DNA of 64,000 nucleotides from contig CP154954.1 of assembly GCA_039621445.1 (NCBI GenBank), forward strand, positions 36,441,703-36,505,702, read 5' to 3'. The position numbers and the translations under genes were made by a program. The number at the start of each line of letters is the position of its first letter. The first letter of the stretch is position 1. This DNA is from Euglena gracilis (Eukaryota). The notes under the pieces are model-generated. The model was not told where the DNA came from, made no database searches, and saw only the letters and a program-made list of their open reading frames with translations. Shown here piece after piece: positions 45,294-58,562 of this stretch.

Positions 45294-47246
45294 GGAGCCT
45301 TGGTACCTCGACGACGGCCACATCGTGGGGAAACCAGCGTTGGCGTTTGCCCGCCTCCATGGCCTCGGCACGGTCTGGGAGCGAGTAGGCCTCCACCTCA
45401 ATTTGGCCAAGTGCAAATTTTGGGGACCTGGGATGCAAACGGTCAATCAAGCCGGGCCACATTACCCAGAAGGTTTGGCAAAAGGCCACTTGGGACGACA
45501 AGTGCCCGTGATTCCCTTTGGAGGACCGAGGGGCATCACGACCCTGGCCGTCCCAATTGATGCCCCGCGGGAGCATCGCACAGCACAAAAGGACACGCCA
45601 AGAGCACCGCAATGCCAAGCTGTATAGGAAGAGACCGTGGACATGGCGACCTTGCTCTTGGAACGGCTCAGGGGATACCCAGAGGGGCAAGTGCGGCACG
45701 CACTTTTGCGGTAGTGTCTTGACGGATGTCTGGTGGTCCAGCTCCTCCGATCAACAGAGAGAGAAAACACACGGGACTCCCCGCTCATTCTCAGGGCACG
45801 GCTGCAGGAAGCCATACAAGATCCCCTCGGACTGGGAATCACCGAAAGTTCATGGGATCAGGTCTCCCTGCCCCTCCGCCAAGGAGGACTCGGAATCTCG
45901 GACCCCGAAGTGTTGCAACCCGCGGCACGTATGGCGGCCTTGCTGAATCTGGGGATGCACGGCAGCCAAGCGGTGGGGGTGCCAGCCTCGGCGTTGGCAA
46001 CCCCATCCCCGGACATGCAAGACATGGTACAACGGTTGCGGCAACAGCTTGGCCCCAACATGGATCCCGTGGCCATCTGGCTCGCGGGCACCACCCCACT
46101 CTCCTCCGCAGCACCAGAACACGCCACCCAACGGTGGTGGGCGTAGAAAGTGGCGTAAAAGCAGAGCCAGCGAGTGGACGCGGTCGGCTCTGCCAGGGAC
46201 CGGGTGAGACGGGCTTGCCAAAAGGGACCGGTGGCAACGGGATGGCTGCAGACTTTGCCCAGCAAGGCACAGCACACAGCTTTCTCGGACACCCGATACT
46301 GGCTGCTACTGCGGTGGTGGTGGCTTGGCTTGCCCATCCTCCTTCAGGGGTCACGTTGCCGGGGTGGTCCCGTGTCCCGGGGTCACTTCGTCTGCTGCGA
46401 GCAGAAAGGAAATACCCAACGGCACAATGCATTCCGAGATGCTTTTGCGGCGATGTGTGCCTGGTACAATATTGCGGCGGAGAAGGAGGTAGAGTGTTTG
46501 GCGAACAAAAGACCAGCCGATGTTCTCCTCATCAACATGTCACGGGAGCAACAAGTGGCAGTCGATTTCGTCTACAGCCACCCCGTGGTGCTGGGAGAGC
46601 ACCCACTGGTGGTGGACAATGCCCGCAGGCATTGCAACCAGGTGGAAACCAGGAAAGTGCAAAACGGATGGGCCCCTTCAGCAAAGGGGTGGAGCTTCTC
46701 ACCCTTCGGCCTGAGCACATGGGGAGGCCTGGGTACCTCTGCCAAGGCGGTGCTGTCTGAGGTCACCAAAATGGCCACCGCAGACATGCGGGGATGGCAA
46801 AGACAAGGGCCCTGCAAGAAATGCAGGTAGCATTATCGGAGACACTCATGCGCCACGTGGCGCGGAAGCTATCCGCCAGGGACCGCGTGGAGGAGGCCCT
46901 GCACCCATGGTAAGTCCCCAACTCCCACCGCAGACCACACCAAAAGCGAGCAAGACCAAGACCAAGAGGGCCACAACCCACAAAGTGCGGAGGTTCACCA
47001 CGGAAGCACCTCCCCCCCCCCAAAACGCGGCCCCCCGCACAAAAAAAACCAAATAAAAGAGAAGCCGCCAAAAAAAAAGAGCCTACACGCCAGGCGAAAG
47101 GTATCCGGCCAACGAGGCGACAAAGGGGAGTGGAGCCGGCAAAAGCAAGACACACGCAAAGTGTAGCCCGCCCGACCTGGACTCCACAAGGTGAGAAGAG
47201 AGTGCACGCGCGACCCAGCAAGCCGGCTATAGCCCCTAAAAAAAAA
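45294..47246 (+). pseudogene. Duplicated 3' part of the second CRE-like element
   Basis: Matches 30328-32279. Confidence 0.85.
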
Positions 47247-48488
47247 GTTCTCACGCTCTCCCAGTTATTTTTCTTCGCTTTGTTGGCGTGGGCTTGCTGG
47301 TGTTTCATAAGCAAAGGGATCAAGACGAGGAAACAAGGAAGCTGAGGTGAGGGTTTCAGCCGTGAAGCAAGTATAGTCAATCGGTAAGAAATTTAACAGG
47401 TGTGGTTGAGATGATGGGGGCATCAACGCGTCTCTTCGAACAATTTGAGCTTGAATTGCTGTTGGGCTGATAAACTAAAAGACCAAAAATACAGGACATT
47501 TTGGGAATCTTTTGGAACCATTTCCGAAAGGGTGGCCCTTTTTTGTTGGCTTGAAATAAATTCGATTTCCACAGGATTTTCGCTGAAATCGCCAGTGAAG
47601 GACCCTTCGTTCTCAAAGCCACGCTATTCCGCCAACAGAGATTCTTCCCCAACAATGTCAAAACTTAAAACTTGGCAGCGGGTCGGCATGCGTGGGGGCA
47701 ACGGAGGTTCGTCGACCGGGTCTCTGGGGTACGCTGGCCTGCAGGGTAGGTACGCGCTGTGGGGGGAGCGATTGGGTGGTGGACGGTGGGGCAGGGGAAA
47801 GGATGCGCAGTAGAGCGCATCCCTCGCTGACGCGGATCGCACGGAGACGGGGCGGGCGAAAATGGAATGGAAACTCGTACTCCCTCGGGGAGGACCGTCA
47901 AGGGAGGAAGGGAGACCGAGGGCGGAGCACAAAGACATTTTGAGCCCGACCCCCCCCCCTCCCATTGAAAAAAAATTGCCTTCAAACGCCCTCGGCCAGA
48001 AAGTGGGGCTAGGGGGGAAGAGGAGGGGGGACCCCTACAGAGGAAGAGAAAGCACCATTGTCGCCACGAACAAGGCATGGCCTCACAATTGTCAAAGTGC
48101 GTTGCCCGGCGTGTCCTTCGACGTTAAAGGCGCCGGGTGAATCGGGTCGATCGCAGCACCTTCGGGGATAAACTGCTTTCTAGCCGGGCCTCTGTTGAGG
48201 ACACCTCGGGCTCCGCACTTTGCCCTTGTGAGGCCATGCCTTGCTCGCCGGCGGTGTTGTTTGGATTGTTTGGGTGCGTTGGGTTAGGAGTCCCTGCTTA
48301 GTGCCTTTTTTCGCCGGAGTTGGCTGATTCATAATTTGCCCTTCGACAACCCAGAAGAAAGGAACTTCAATTCAAAGAAGCTGCTTATTGAATTTCAAAG
48401 AATTGAACCAATCGAATTATCCGGAAGGTGACACTCGTGGAGAATATCGAATCCAATTTTGTTGACATATTCAAGACTTCAATGAGAA

Positions 48489-51459
48489 ATGCAATTGTCA
48501 ACACGAAGAAGAGCGTCGCTGAACAACAAGAACTGGCTGCAGCCACAGCTGGACGACCTGACGGCGCGGTACAACCGTGGCGATCCGTGGCTGTCCCTCC
48601 CCCCCCAGAAAAAGTTTCTGAAAAACCACCCAGTGACAGCCACAGAATTTGGCAGACAGTGGTCAGAAAAACCCGAAGGACACCAAAGCCAAGGCAGCTG
48701 TCAAACCACAACGGCAAAGGCCATGGAGGCCCAAATCGCAGTTACACCAATACCTTGTTCAAGCTGGGCCATGGCGGCCAAAACAGCAAAGGCCATGGTG
48801 GCCGATGGAACAAAGGCCAGGGTGGCCAACGTTACCAAGGCCAGGGTGGCCGATTCCACAAACAAATGCCCAGTGGCAGGGGCAGGACAGGTCCACATCA
48901 CCCCCCCAAATCATTTCTTCATCAAAAACCCCATCAGGGGAAAAGGATTGGCCCCCAGAGGCCCCCCAAGATTTTCAATGGGCATGGCGCCCAAGATCAA
49001 AGAGAAGTCAATGGGGACATCAAGAAGGCCAGTGGGCCCAGAATTATCATCAAGGCCACTGGGGCCATTGTCATTCTTATTGGGCTCAACACCATCCACA
49101 ACAATTCAAGGCCACTGGGGCCATCAATTATCAGAAGGGGAAAAACCCCAGAAGCTAAAAGGCTGTCCCCCAGCAGGGGGTTTCAATGTACGGTGGCAGC
49201 CCCAGGAGGATGCCCCCAAAGGGGCAATAGAGGACAAGGGGGCAACCCCCCCTCAATATTCCTTATCAATGCCCATGGCAGGGGCAAACCAAAACAAGGG
49301 GGAGACCCAACATGGGGCCCCTATGGTATGTCAATCGACAACGCCAATGACAAAGTGGAGGATCAGAGAGTCTGTGAGCAAAGCATGCACACCCCCCCAG
49401 CCACCTTCAGAGAATGCTCAATCCCTAGTGGCACCAGGGGTGCAATGTCCAACACCCCCCACCCAGCAACCCAAAAATCATCTAATTGGGAAAATAAATT
49501 CCATGGAGGAAAAATGGGGAGACACCCCCCTGTACCAGAGACTTCAGAAAAGTCTAAAATGGTGGTCAAAAAATGCCACCCCAGCAACATGTCAACTAAT
49601 CCAAAATGGAATTCAACCCCCCTGGGTAAATCCCCCAAAATTGTCCACCCACCCAAAACCCAGAGCCAATCTGGACCTGAACCAGGCAGAAAAAATCCTC
49701 CTGGATTACGAAAAAACTGGGGCAGTGAAACGGGTTTGGGATTCAAAAACCCAACATTTGATCCCATGGTTTTTAATTTCAAAACCAGAAGGGGGAACAA
49801 CCAAGTGGAGAATGATCAGCGACTGCAGAGAAATAAATCTGCAGTTTCAAGTAAAACCTTTCAGGCTGGATCACATCCAGCACATTTTTCCAGTTTTGGG
49901 AAAAGGCCACTGGGCAGCCAAAATAGACCTAAAGGATGCCTATTTTCATATTCCAGTAAGCCCAGGCCTCAAACCATTTTTAAGGCATCAGGTGGGGGGG
50001 CAGACCTGGGAATTTCAAACAGGCTGCTTTGGGCTAAATATAATGCCCCAAATATTCATGTCGGTAATGAAAACATTCGAAAAGCTGTGGAGAAAAAGGG
50101 GCATCCAGGTGTATATTTACCTGGACGACATTTTGCTGGTGGCCCCCACCCAAAACACATTGCAAAATCACCTGGACAGAGTTGTCAAAGATTTGCTGGA
50201 TTCTGGGTTCAAAATAAATATAAAAAAGTCCACCCTCCAGCCCACCCAAGTGGTAACCCATCTGGGTTTTCAACTAAACTTCCAGGAAGGAAAGCTACAG
50301 GTGCCCCCCCAGAAAGTCAAAACCATAAAAAAGGAGCTGGGAAAAATCGTGAAAAAAGATTACATGTCAAAAAGGCAGTTGGCTGCCATTCTGGGCCAAA
50401 TAAGATGCAATCTAATGGCCCTGCCCTTTTTAAGGGCTTTTACAGACACCCTGGCAAATTTTCTGGTGGCAAAGTCCACAGCCCCCTGGGACTCAAAACA
50501 CCCCATTTCCCAGGAAATCAAAGCCCAATTAAGGGAAATAAAAATTCTGCTAGACACCTGGGGGGGCAGACCCTTCCCCCAAAATGCAACCAGAATGTTG
50601 CACTCAGACAGCAGCACCCATGCCTGGGGGGGGCTAGACATCCACACAGGAGAAATTGTGCAGGAATTTTGGAGAAAAGACTACATTTTGCACATCAATG
50701 TAAAGGAGCTCAGTGCAGCAATCAGCACTGTGAAAAGTTTGAGCAAACCTGGAGAAACCGTTTCCTTGTCAGTGGACAACCAGGTAATTTATTTTTACCT
50801 AACAAAAGGTGGGGGCAGAAAGGACCCCTTCAACAAAATGCTAAGACCATTTTTCAAGTGGTGCATGGAGCACCAAGTAAACCTCCAAGTCAACTGGGTG
50901 CCTTCAAAGGAATGCCTAGCAGACCCCATCAGCAGGTGGGAAATGGACAGGGGGGATTATTCTTTAGACCCCCAACTTTTTCAATGGCTGAGACAACAGT
51001 TCAAAGATTTCATAAATCTGGAAACAGATTTATTTGCCTCCCCAGGCAACAAAAAACTGCCCAAATTTGTGGCCAGGTGGCCCCACTGGGAAGCAACAGC
51101 AGTAAATGCATTACAATGTCCACTGGACAGCATGGGGGATCTTTATGCAAACCCCCCCTGGTCAATAATTCAAAAAATTTTTACCCAGGTTGAAAATGTT
51201 TCCCCAGACCAAAGTTTTGATGGTCACCCCCTACTGGGATTCAGCCACCTGGTGGCCCCAATTAATAAAAATGAAAGTTCCAGGGACCCCCTGCCTGAAA
51301 ATCACCCCCTACAAGGGCATGTTCACCAATTGCAAGGGGGAACAAATGCCACCCCCCAGGTGGCCCCTCCTTTGCATGATTTGCTCAGGCAAATTTTGTA
51401 AGGGAAACAAATTCAGGTTAAAACCATTGAAGATTTCCTGGGGAGAAACCCCAGTTTAA
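48489..51459 (+). CDS. DIRS RT - RNase H - N6A methyltransferase (one +1 frameshift near 51180)
   Basis: ORF 48489-51401 holds YLDD, RNase H, DLFAS and NPPW in one frame; the C-terminus is in ORF 51190-51459. Confidence 0.9.
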
Positions 51460-52430
51460 AGCGTTATCAGAGTGCCTTTGCACTTCTGTGGGTAATTTTG
51501 GAACAAATGGGGGTGCCCCCCCCTGAAGCCACCACAGACCAGGTGGCTGACGCTTTAATTCAATTATTCCAATTTTCCAAGGCCCAAGCCCGTAATGCCT
51601 ATAGTGCAATGCTTTTGATTCCGGGGTTTGGTGGGCTGAGATTCCACACTCTGTTAACCCCCTACAAGAGGCTTTGGAACCAAAACTTGGAGAAGTATGG
51701 GGCATTTTGGGATCCCCTCCCAATCCTCCTGGGGCTGGCAAAGGCGCCTATGCCCACTGATATTTGTACATTGCGTACACAACTGATTTTTTGTTCACGC
51801 ATCCTCTGTTTATATCGATCCTCAGATTTGGCACAAGTCAAACGAACCACCAGTGTTTTGGGTAGGGCACCCTACATCAAGATTAAGTGTAAAGGACAAA
51901 AATTTCACAAATGGGAACGGGGGGTGTCCATTCCCCAATGTCCCCAAATAAGTCCATTTCATTTAATGATGTGCTATGTGGCTGCTACAGGTTTATTCGT
52001 CAGACCTGGGGGCCCCCTTCTGATTTCATTAAAACCCCCCTTCAGGGCCATAAGTGCAGACACCATTGCTTCTATCACAAAAGATTTCTTGGCCAAGCAT
52101 GGGGTGACCCCCCAGGTGTGGGGGGCCCACTCCACCAGAGGAGCAGGAGTTGGTTTACTCAAAAAATTGGGCCTTTCTGCCCAAGAAGTTTGCGAAATTG
52201 GCCAGTGGAAGGGGGTGGAGGCTTTTACAGCCCATTATCAACGACTTGGTGCCCAAGGTGCCCTGGAAAATGCCCTGGCCCCCCTAATTTCAGTGCACAA
52301 TCTGGCCTCACAAGGGCAAAGTGCGGAGCCCGAGGTGTCTCGTACTCCCTCGAGGCAAGCCGACCAGGGAGGAAGGGACACCGAGGGCGAAGCACAAAGA
52401 CCTTGTGAGCCCGACCCCCCCCACCCGTAA
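51402..52430 (+). CDS. DIRS tyrosine recombinase, copy 2
   Basis: R, HSTR, W and Y residues as in copy 1. Confidence 0.9.
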   Translation, partial: GKQIQVKTIEDFLGRNPSLKRYQSAFALLWVILEQMGVPPPEATTDQVADALIQLFQFSKAQARNAYSAMLLIPGFGGLRFHTLLTPYKRLWNQNLEKYGAFWDPLPILLGLAKAPMPTDICTLRTQLIFCSRILCLYRSSDLAQVKRTTSVLGRAPYIKIKCKGQKFHKWERGVSIPQCPQISPFHLMMCYVAATGLFVRPGGPLLISLKPPFRAISADTIASITKDFLAKHGVTPQVWGAHSTRGAGVGLLKKLGLSAQEVCEIGQWKGVEAFTAHYQRLGAQGALENALAPLISVHNLASQGQSAEPEVSRTPSRQADQGGRDTEGEAQRPCEPDPPHP

Positions 52431-55100
52431 AAGAAAATTTGTGTTCAAAAGCCCTCGGTCAGAGAGTGTGGGCCAGGGGGGGGGGGGAGAGGGGGGACAC
52501 CCCCCAGGGACAAGAAGCCACGTCGCCAAGTCGGAGCAGCATCGTCAGCCAACTCCGGCGAGGCGGCACTAAGCAGGGACTCCTAACCCAACGCACCCAA
52601 ACAATCCAAACAACACCGCCGGCGAGCAAGGCATGGCCTCACAAGGTCTTTGTGCTTCGCCCTCGGTGTCCCTTCCTCCCTGGTCGGCTTGCCTCGAGGG
52701 AGTACGAGACCCCCGCGGGTCTGACGACCTGCTGGACTGCTGCCTTACCCCCCCACCCCAGGAAAGGGATCACCCGAATCCTAGCAGAGTTGGCGCGACA
52801 TGAAGACAATCAGAGCGAAACAACATCATTGATACAGCCTTTTGCAAGCAAACGCGCAAACGCTCCCGTCGACTAAGAACGGGAGCTGAGAGGGCCAAAT
52901 GGTCAGTCAACCGACCAGGCGCGGGTACTGGTTTTTGGAAAACAAACAAAGAAGACATTGCCCGCGATCAACGGAGAAGGTTAGAAAAACTTCCAGCCGC
53001 CCTTCTGGCGGTTGGAAAAGCTTTACAAAGCTCCGATGGGGAGGGCCGGGCTGCCCCTGGCAGGCTGGACAAGTGGCTCAGCGTGTGCAGGGGAACGGTC
53101 TCGAAGGCAGGTCCTTTCTGAAGCCAGATGGCGCCGCAACTCCTCCCTTATTAAAGGGGTGACTGGCTTTTACAGTTGGCTGAGTGGTTTTTTTTTTGGT
53201 ACAGCCAATGGCGGCGCAGGAATTTTTTCCCTTTTTTCGTACTCCCTTGAGGCAAGCCGAAAAGGGAGGAAGGGACACCGAGGGCGAAGCACAATGGCAA
53301 AGTGCGGAGCCCGAGGTGTCCAGAAAAAGGGAGACTTTTGAGAAGCCTAAGGTAAATTTGTGGCACATTTCTTTGGAAACCTCGTGCTCCTCACTTTTTC
53401 CTTGTCCCGCAAGGTCTTTGTGCTTCGCCCTCGGTGTCCCTTCCTCACTTGTTGGTTTACCGCGAGGGAGTGCGACTTGCTGAGCCCTTTTCTGCTGCCG
53501 TGCATGCCTGTTCCGAGAAGGAACGGAAGAGGAGCCTTTGGTGGAAGCGGCGCCTCGCCCGGGGCGAGGTGCACCATCTCCACCATGGCCTTAACTGCCA
53601 TTCCCCCCTTTAGAATTAAAAACAAACGCTGCTTTCCCTGGGTGTCCATTCCTCCCTGGCTTGTTTTTTTTCAAACTCCCGCGCTCCCTCCAGGAAAACT
53701 GATGCCGAGGGCGAAGCGCAAAATGCCTTTCGAGGTGTCCCTGCTTCTCTTTTTTGTAAGAAAAGAGAAAGGGGGGGGTGGACGACCCCCCGTCTTTAAA
53801 AAAAATTTTATTCCTTTTTTTTTTTTGGTCGCAAACCCCGCATCGGTTTTTTGGCGATTTTTCTTTGTCTGACCATGCTCAAAAATGATGGGCAATTTTC
53901 AGGGTTGAGGAGGTCATTTTGGATTTGGGGATCGGATTTTCACCAACAAATCCCCAACTAATTAACTCCCCTTTGGCTGACCCACGAATCCAAGGGGATT
54001 CAGAAGCGATGGGGGGGGGGGACGGAGGGGAACCAGCGTGCACAACACGTCAATGAATTATGCCAATAAGAGTTGGTTGGGCAAGGTTTACGCTCGCTCT
54101 AAGGGAAGGGAGTGAAACGATGCGGTGCAGCGGTGGTCAGAACCCTGAGCAAAGGAAAACACACACATATTTTCATTCTGGGCCGGTTGCTGAAAACCTC
54201 TGGGCGTCCAAAACCTTGGTGGGGGGGTCTTATTTTGGTTGATTTCTTCACAAACCGGAAATTGCACCATGCACACAAATTGCAGTGAACCCCCCGGGGG
54301 GGAGTCTCTAGCAGGGCAAGCCAGTGTAATTCTTTCCCCAGCGGCAGGCGCAATTGCTGGAAAATTTGTATCACACCCCCAAAAGCCCGCCAAAAATGCC
54401 CCTTTTAGCAATTTTTGGATTTTTTGAACAAAATTAGTGGGGGACAAACCGTTAAAAACCCCATTTCCACCTCGGCGCACAGTGAAGGAGAAAAATTTAT
54501 TCCAGCGGGGGGGGACCCCTGGACCCTCTCCCAAAAATAAAAACTGAGGCGAAACCGGCCGAACTTTGTAATCCTAATTTGCTCAAAGACCCCAGGCCTC
54601 AAGCTCAAGCCTCAAGCCTCAAGCCGGGAAGAAAAAAGCCACTAGCTTGACCCCCCCTGGCGGAGGGGGGGGCACAAATAACACGCCGTCCTTTGTCATT
54701 TTTGTGCCCGAAAGAATCTAAAAGAAGAAAATTTCAGGGAAATTTTTCTCCCCGCTCAGCGCCACAGTTTTCATTTAAGGGATTGGTATCTTGGGGGCTC
54801 TTGTTTCATCTTGGGAGCTCTTGGGGTGCAGTTTTACCTTCATCTGTTCCATTTTGTGATGCGAACTTTCCAAGGTGCGGTGTTGAAAACTGTGCTGAAC
54901 ATCGATCAGGGTGTACAGTGGGATACACTACTAACAGCTGTCACCGATGCCTGCTAAGCGTTCCGCCTTCCATTCCGCTTACACACGTGCTGCAAGGCAG
55001 CCAGGCTCTAACGGGGGTGGCGCTGGGCCACTGAGTGATGGAAACGTATGCCGGGCAGCGCAGGTCAAGCAAGATAGAAGTCCAGAAGTCCTCCGACCCC

Positions 55101-58100
55101 TCACGGCCCTGCGACATGGACCTCCCGCTGGTGGCCATCCCGGAGGACGGACAGCGTCGCCCCCTGGGGTCCCCGAAGGAGGTTGACCAGCTGCGCCGCC
55201 TCGCGCACGGGGTGGCCGGCGCACGCCGTGATGACGTCCCCCTCCTCCAGCCCCGCCTGGAACATGGTCCGTTGGAGGACGGCACAACGCGGAGCGGCGA
55301 TGCAGGCTTCAACGCAGGACGAATCAAATCCACGTCCGCCTGTCTCCCCGTTCGTCTGCCATCTTCCAGTCCTGAGGACCCCCCAAACCTGCGATTCACT
55401 TCCCAAGCTGCTTAAGAGATCTCACCCGCCTTGTCGACTCTCCTGATCGTCTCCATGAAAATGGGCCAGATGGATGTTCTCATACACGACAGGCACGCGC
55501 AAACAAACGCAAACAGGAGGGTCGGCACACCTTTTGGGCAACGGACGGCCGCTGGACGCGGGTCACAGCCAGCCCCGAGGGGGTGCTCTGGAGCAGGCTG
55601 TTGCTTAAAGACCCTGGGGGGGTCCTCTGGCTTGCCATTTTGCTAGACAACGGAAAAAATGGAGCTAGACCCCCCTCCCCCCTGGGGGGGGGGGGGAAGG
55701 GGTGTCCGAGGTCCCCCTGGCTGGGAAAAAAAGTTCCTCCAGCGCTGTGTGCCGAGGTGGACATGAGGTTTTTAGTGCATTTTTGGCCTATTTTGTTCCA
55801 AAAAAAAATCCCCCCAAAAGCCGAAAATGGGCATTTTTGGCCAGTGTTGGGGGTCCAAAAAAATTTTGGCGCTTCGCGCTGGTCATTGGAAAAAGAAAAC
55901 ATTTTTCCACTAGCCAGCCTTGCCAGACCCCGGCGGGGGGGTCTGCCAGGGTAGGGTTTCCATCAGCCAAATTTGGACAAGCTGCAGTCCAGCCCCCCCT
56001 CCCCCAGGAGGGTGCTGAGAACCCTCAAGCAGGAGCCTGCTCTGGAGGGCCAACCCCAGCAGGCCCACCCTTGGCCGCGCGGTCGGCATCGCCCCGAGGG
56101 CATGCAGGAGGTCCCCCGCAGGGATGGGCGGATCCGGCAGGGGATGCCCCCCCCGTTCCGAACCCCCGCCCGCGTCCGCATACGTTGGGGTGTTGGGGGC
56201 CACTCGTCGGGTGTGCACTGCATGTCATCACTGCTCCCCGAATGACAACAAAGCGCAATGCCCACAAATGCCGCAAATGCCATCTCTGACCCTCATACAA
56301 ATGCACCAGGGACGGCGTGGAGCAACCGAAGGGAGACGAAGAAATCAAATTGACTGTTTGGACAAGAAACCGAAGACAAAAAAAACCCAGTAAGTCACTT
56401 GGATGGGGAGGGGCAGTTGATCAACCACTCAGTCAGTTAGCCCACTCTGGGGACAAAATGACTCTGGGGAACTGGGTTCAGAACGTCAGAAACGCTTTTC
56501 TGTTGGAACAACAATGACCGGTATCCTGCTGCAGCATTCTAAGTGATGCCGGGAATTCCAGTGGGAGAGAGGTTTGAGACGGGTGAGGCGCCCCTTCCCC
56601 CGCGTGCTCCCCGCCAGGCGTGAGCGCCTGCCGCAGCGCCTCCTCCTCCAGCAGCAGGCGGCGCTGGTCCGCCACGCAGCGGAGGTCCGCCCTCAGGTCG
56701 TCCAGCGCGGCGGTGCGGTGCTGCAGCTCCGCGGCGAGGGCCCGGACCTCCGGCAGCGCGTCGGCGGGGGCCGGGCCGAACTGCCGCGCCCACCGTGAGG
56801 GGGGGGGGGTTGCTTGGGGCCCAGGCTTGGCCCAGCCAAAGCGGGCTGGCTTCGGTTTGGCGCCCACGGAAGAGTAAGCTCTTCTTGGGCATCCCACACC
56901 ACGCTGGAGCTGGTTCTTCGACACAGGACCAGAACCGGGCAGACCTGCGCAATTTGCTGGGGGAGGGGCAGATGACGAGCCTTAGGTAGATTATTCCCAG
57001 TTGGTGTGCATGTTCCTCGGAAAGAATTTGGATTTCAAGGGGACAAAAATGCGTAAGGGGGAGCAAGCCGAAAGCTTTTTTTGCTGCGGAGAGGGGGGAA
57101 TGAAAATCTGTTGGCTGTGGTGTGCACAATATGTGAATTTGATGAAACCCTTGTTTCCCCAGCCTGGCAACACCCCTGTCCCCTGGGCTCTGGAGTTCAG
57201 TGTTCAGCCCAGGGTGGGGGTGGCAGAGCCGGCAGGGGCGTAGGGGCGGAGGCGGCTCACCTCCTGCGCCAGCACGCAGATCTGCTCCTGGCGGCGGGTG
57301 TCGAAGGCGCGGACCACCTCCATCTCCGCCTCCAGGCGCTGGAGTTCCTGCGGCGGGGAGGTACTGTCCCAGTCTCCCCTTGCCGCATGGCGCTTGGGGA
57401 CATCACCCGAAAAATACAGCAGCTGCATCCTTCCAACAATGTGTTTATTATTTGGTGGCTTTTTTGGGGGCATATTGAGGGGGTACCAAGTTGCCCATGG
57501 ACAATTAATTAACCTTCCAAATAACCAAATACAAAGCCCCCCCTCTGGGGAAGTGCCACAGCGCCAGCGGCGTGGGATGGACAGGAAAATTTCCCGAGAT
57601 TTACCATTTTGTGAAGATTTCAGGAATTATTTCAGGCAATAATGAGCTTGGCAATGTTGGTATAAAAAATGGTGTGCAATATCGCTTAAAAATGGCAGAA
57701 TTTGGGCAAAAAAAATGATTGCGAAATTCTTTTGGGAAACCCAAATGCGTTTGCCCCAGATATTTGATTTCCTGTCCAACTATAACCCCTCAAATATCAA
57801 CCCCTCTGAGAGCTTTGAAATCCCGGGCTGATGCCGCTTTGTCTTCACCAGATTTTTACCAAGACCCTTGCCCTGGGGCCACATACACACACGCACACAC
57901 ATATGTATCCCCTCCCCACTTATCCCAGGCACAGCACCGTAAAAACACACACACACACGCACACCTTGCACAAGGGGGAACTGCAAACAACCACCAAATA
58001 CAAACAACCCTTATGAGAGATGAAATTTTCATTCAAAAAATGTGCTTTGAACGGCCAAATTCTCGACATAAAGCAAACTACATATTACAACTCCACATAT

Positions 58101-58495
58101 AAAAAACAACCCCAAACCCAAATATGTACAATAAACCCAAATGAGCGCTTTCATTCAGGGTGGGTACAGGAAAAATGATGTTTTGATGGTTTGACAATCA
58201 GGTGTATCTGTGTTGTGCTGTGCTGTGGTGCTCAAACCTGCACGTCCTCTTTGTCGACCATTCAACGCGGCGGTGTGACGGACACTCAGGCGAAAGCACG
58301 GACAGAGCACACCTGTTCCTTCTCCGCCAGGTCCCTCTCCGTTGGGGCAATCGATCGCTCACCGTCCATCAGCACCCAGTCGGGCGATGGGCCACGAGGG
58401 GAAGCGGTGGCGGCAGGCGCCCCATCCAGAAACAGGCACACCTTGAATCCCTTGCTGGGTCTCGGAACCTCCAGCCGGCCACAGGGGGCGTCATT

Positions 58496-58562
<67 letters not shown>

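Larger units (their letters stand above)
48200..52710 (+). mobile_element. DIRS-1-like element, copy 2
   Basis: Same ITR/ICR structure and GAC termini as copy 1. Confidence 0.93.
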
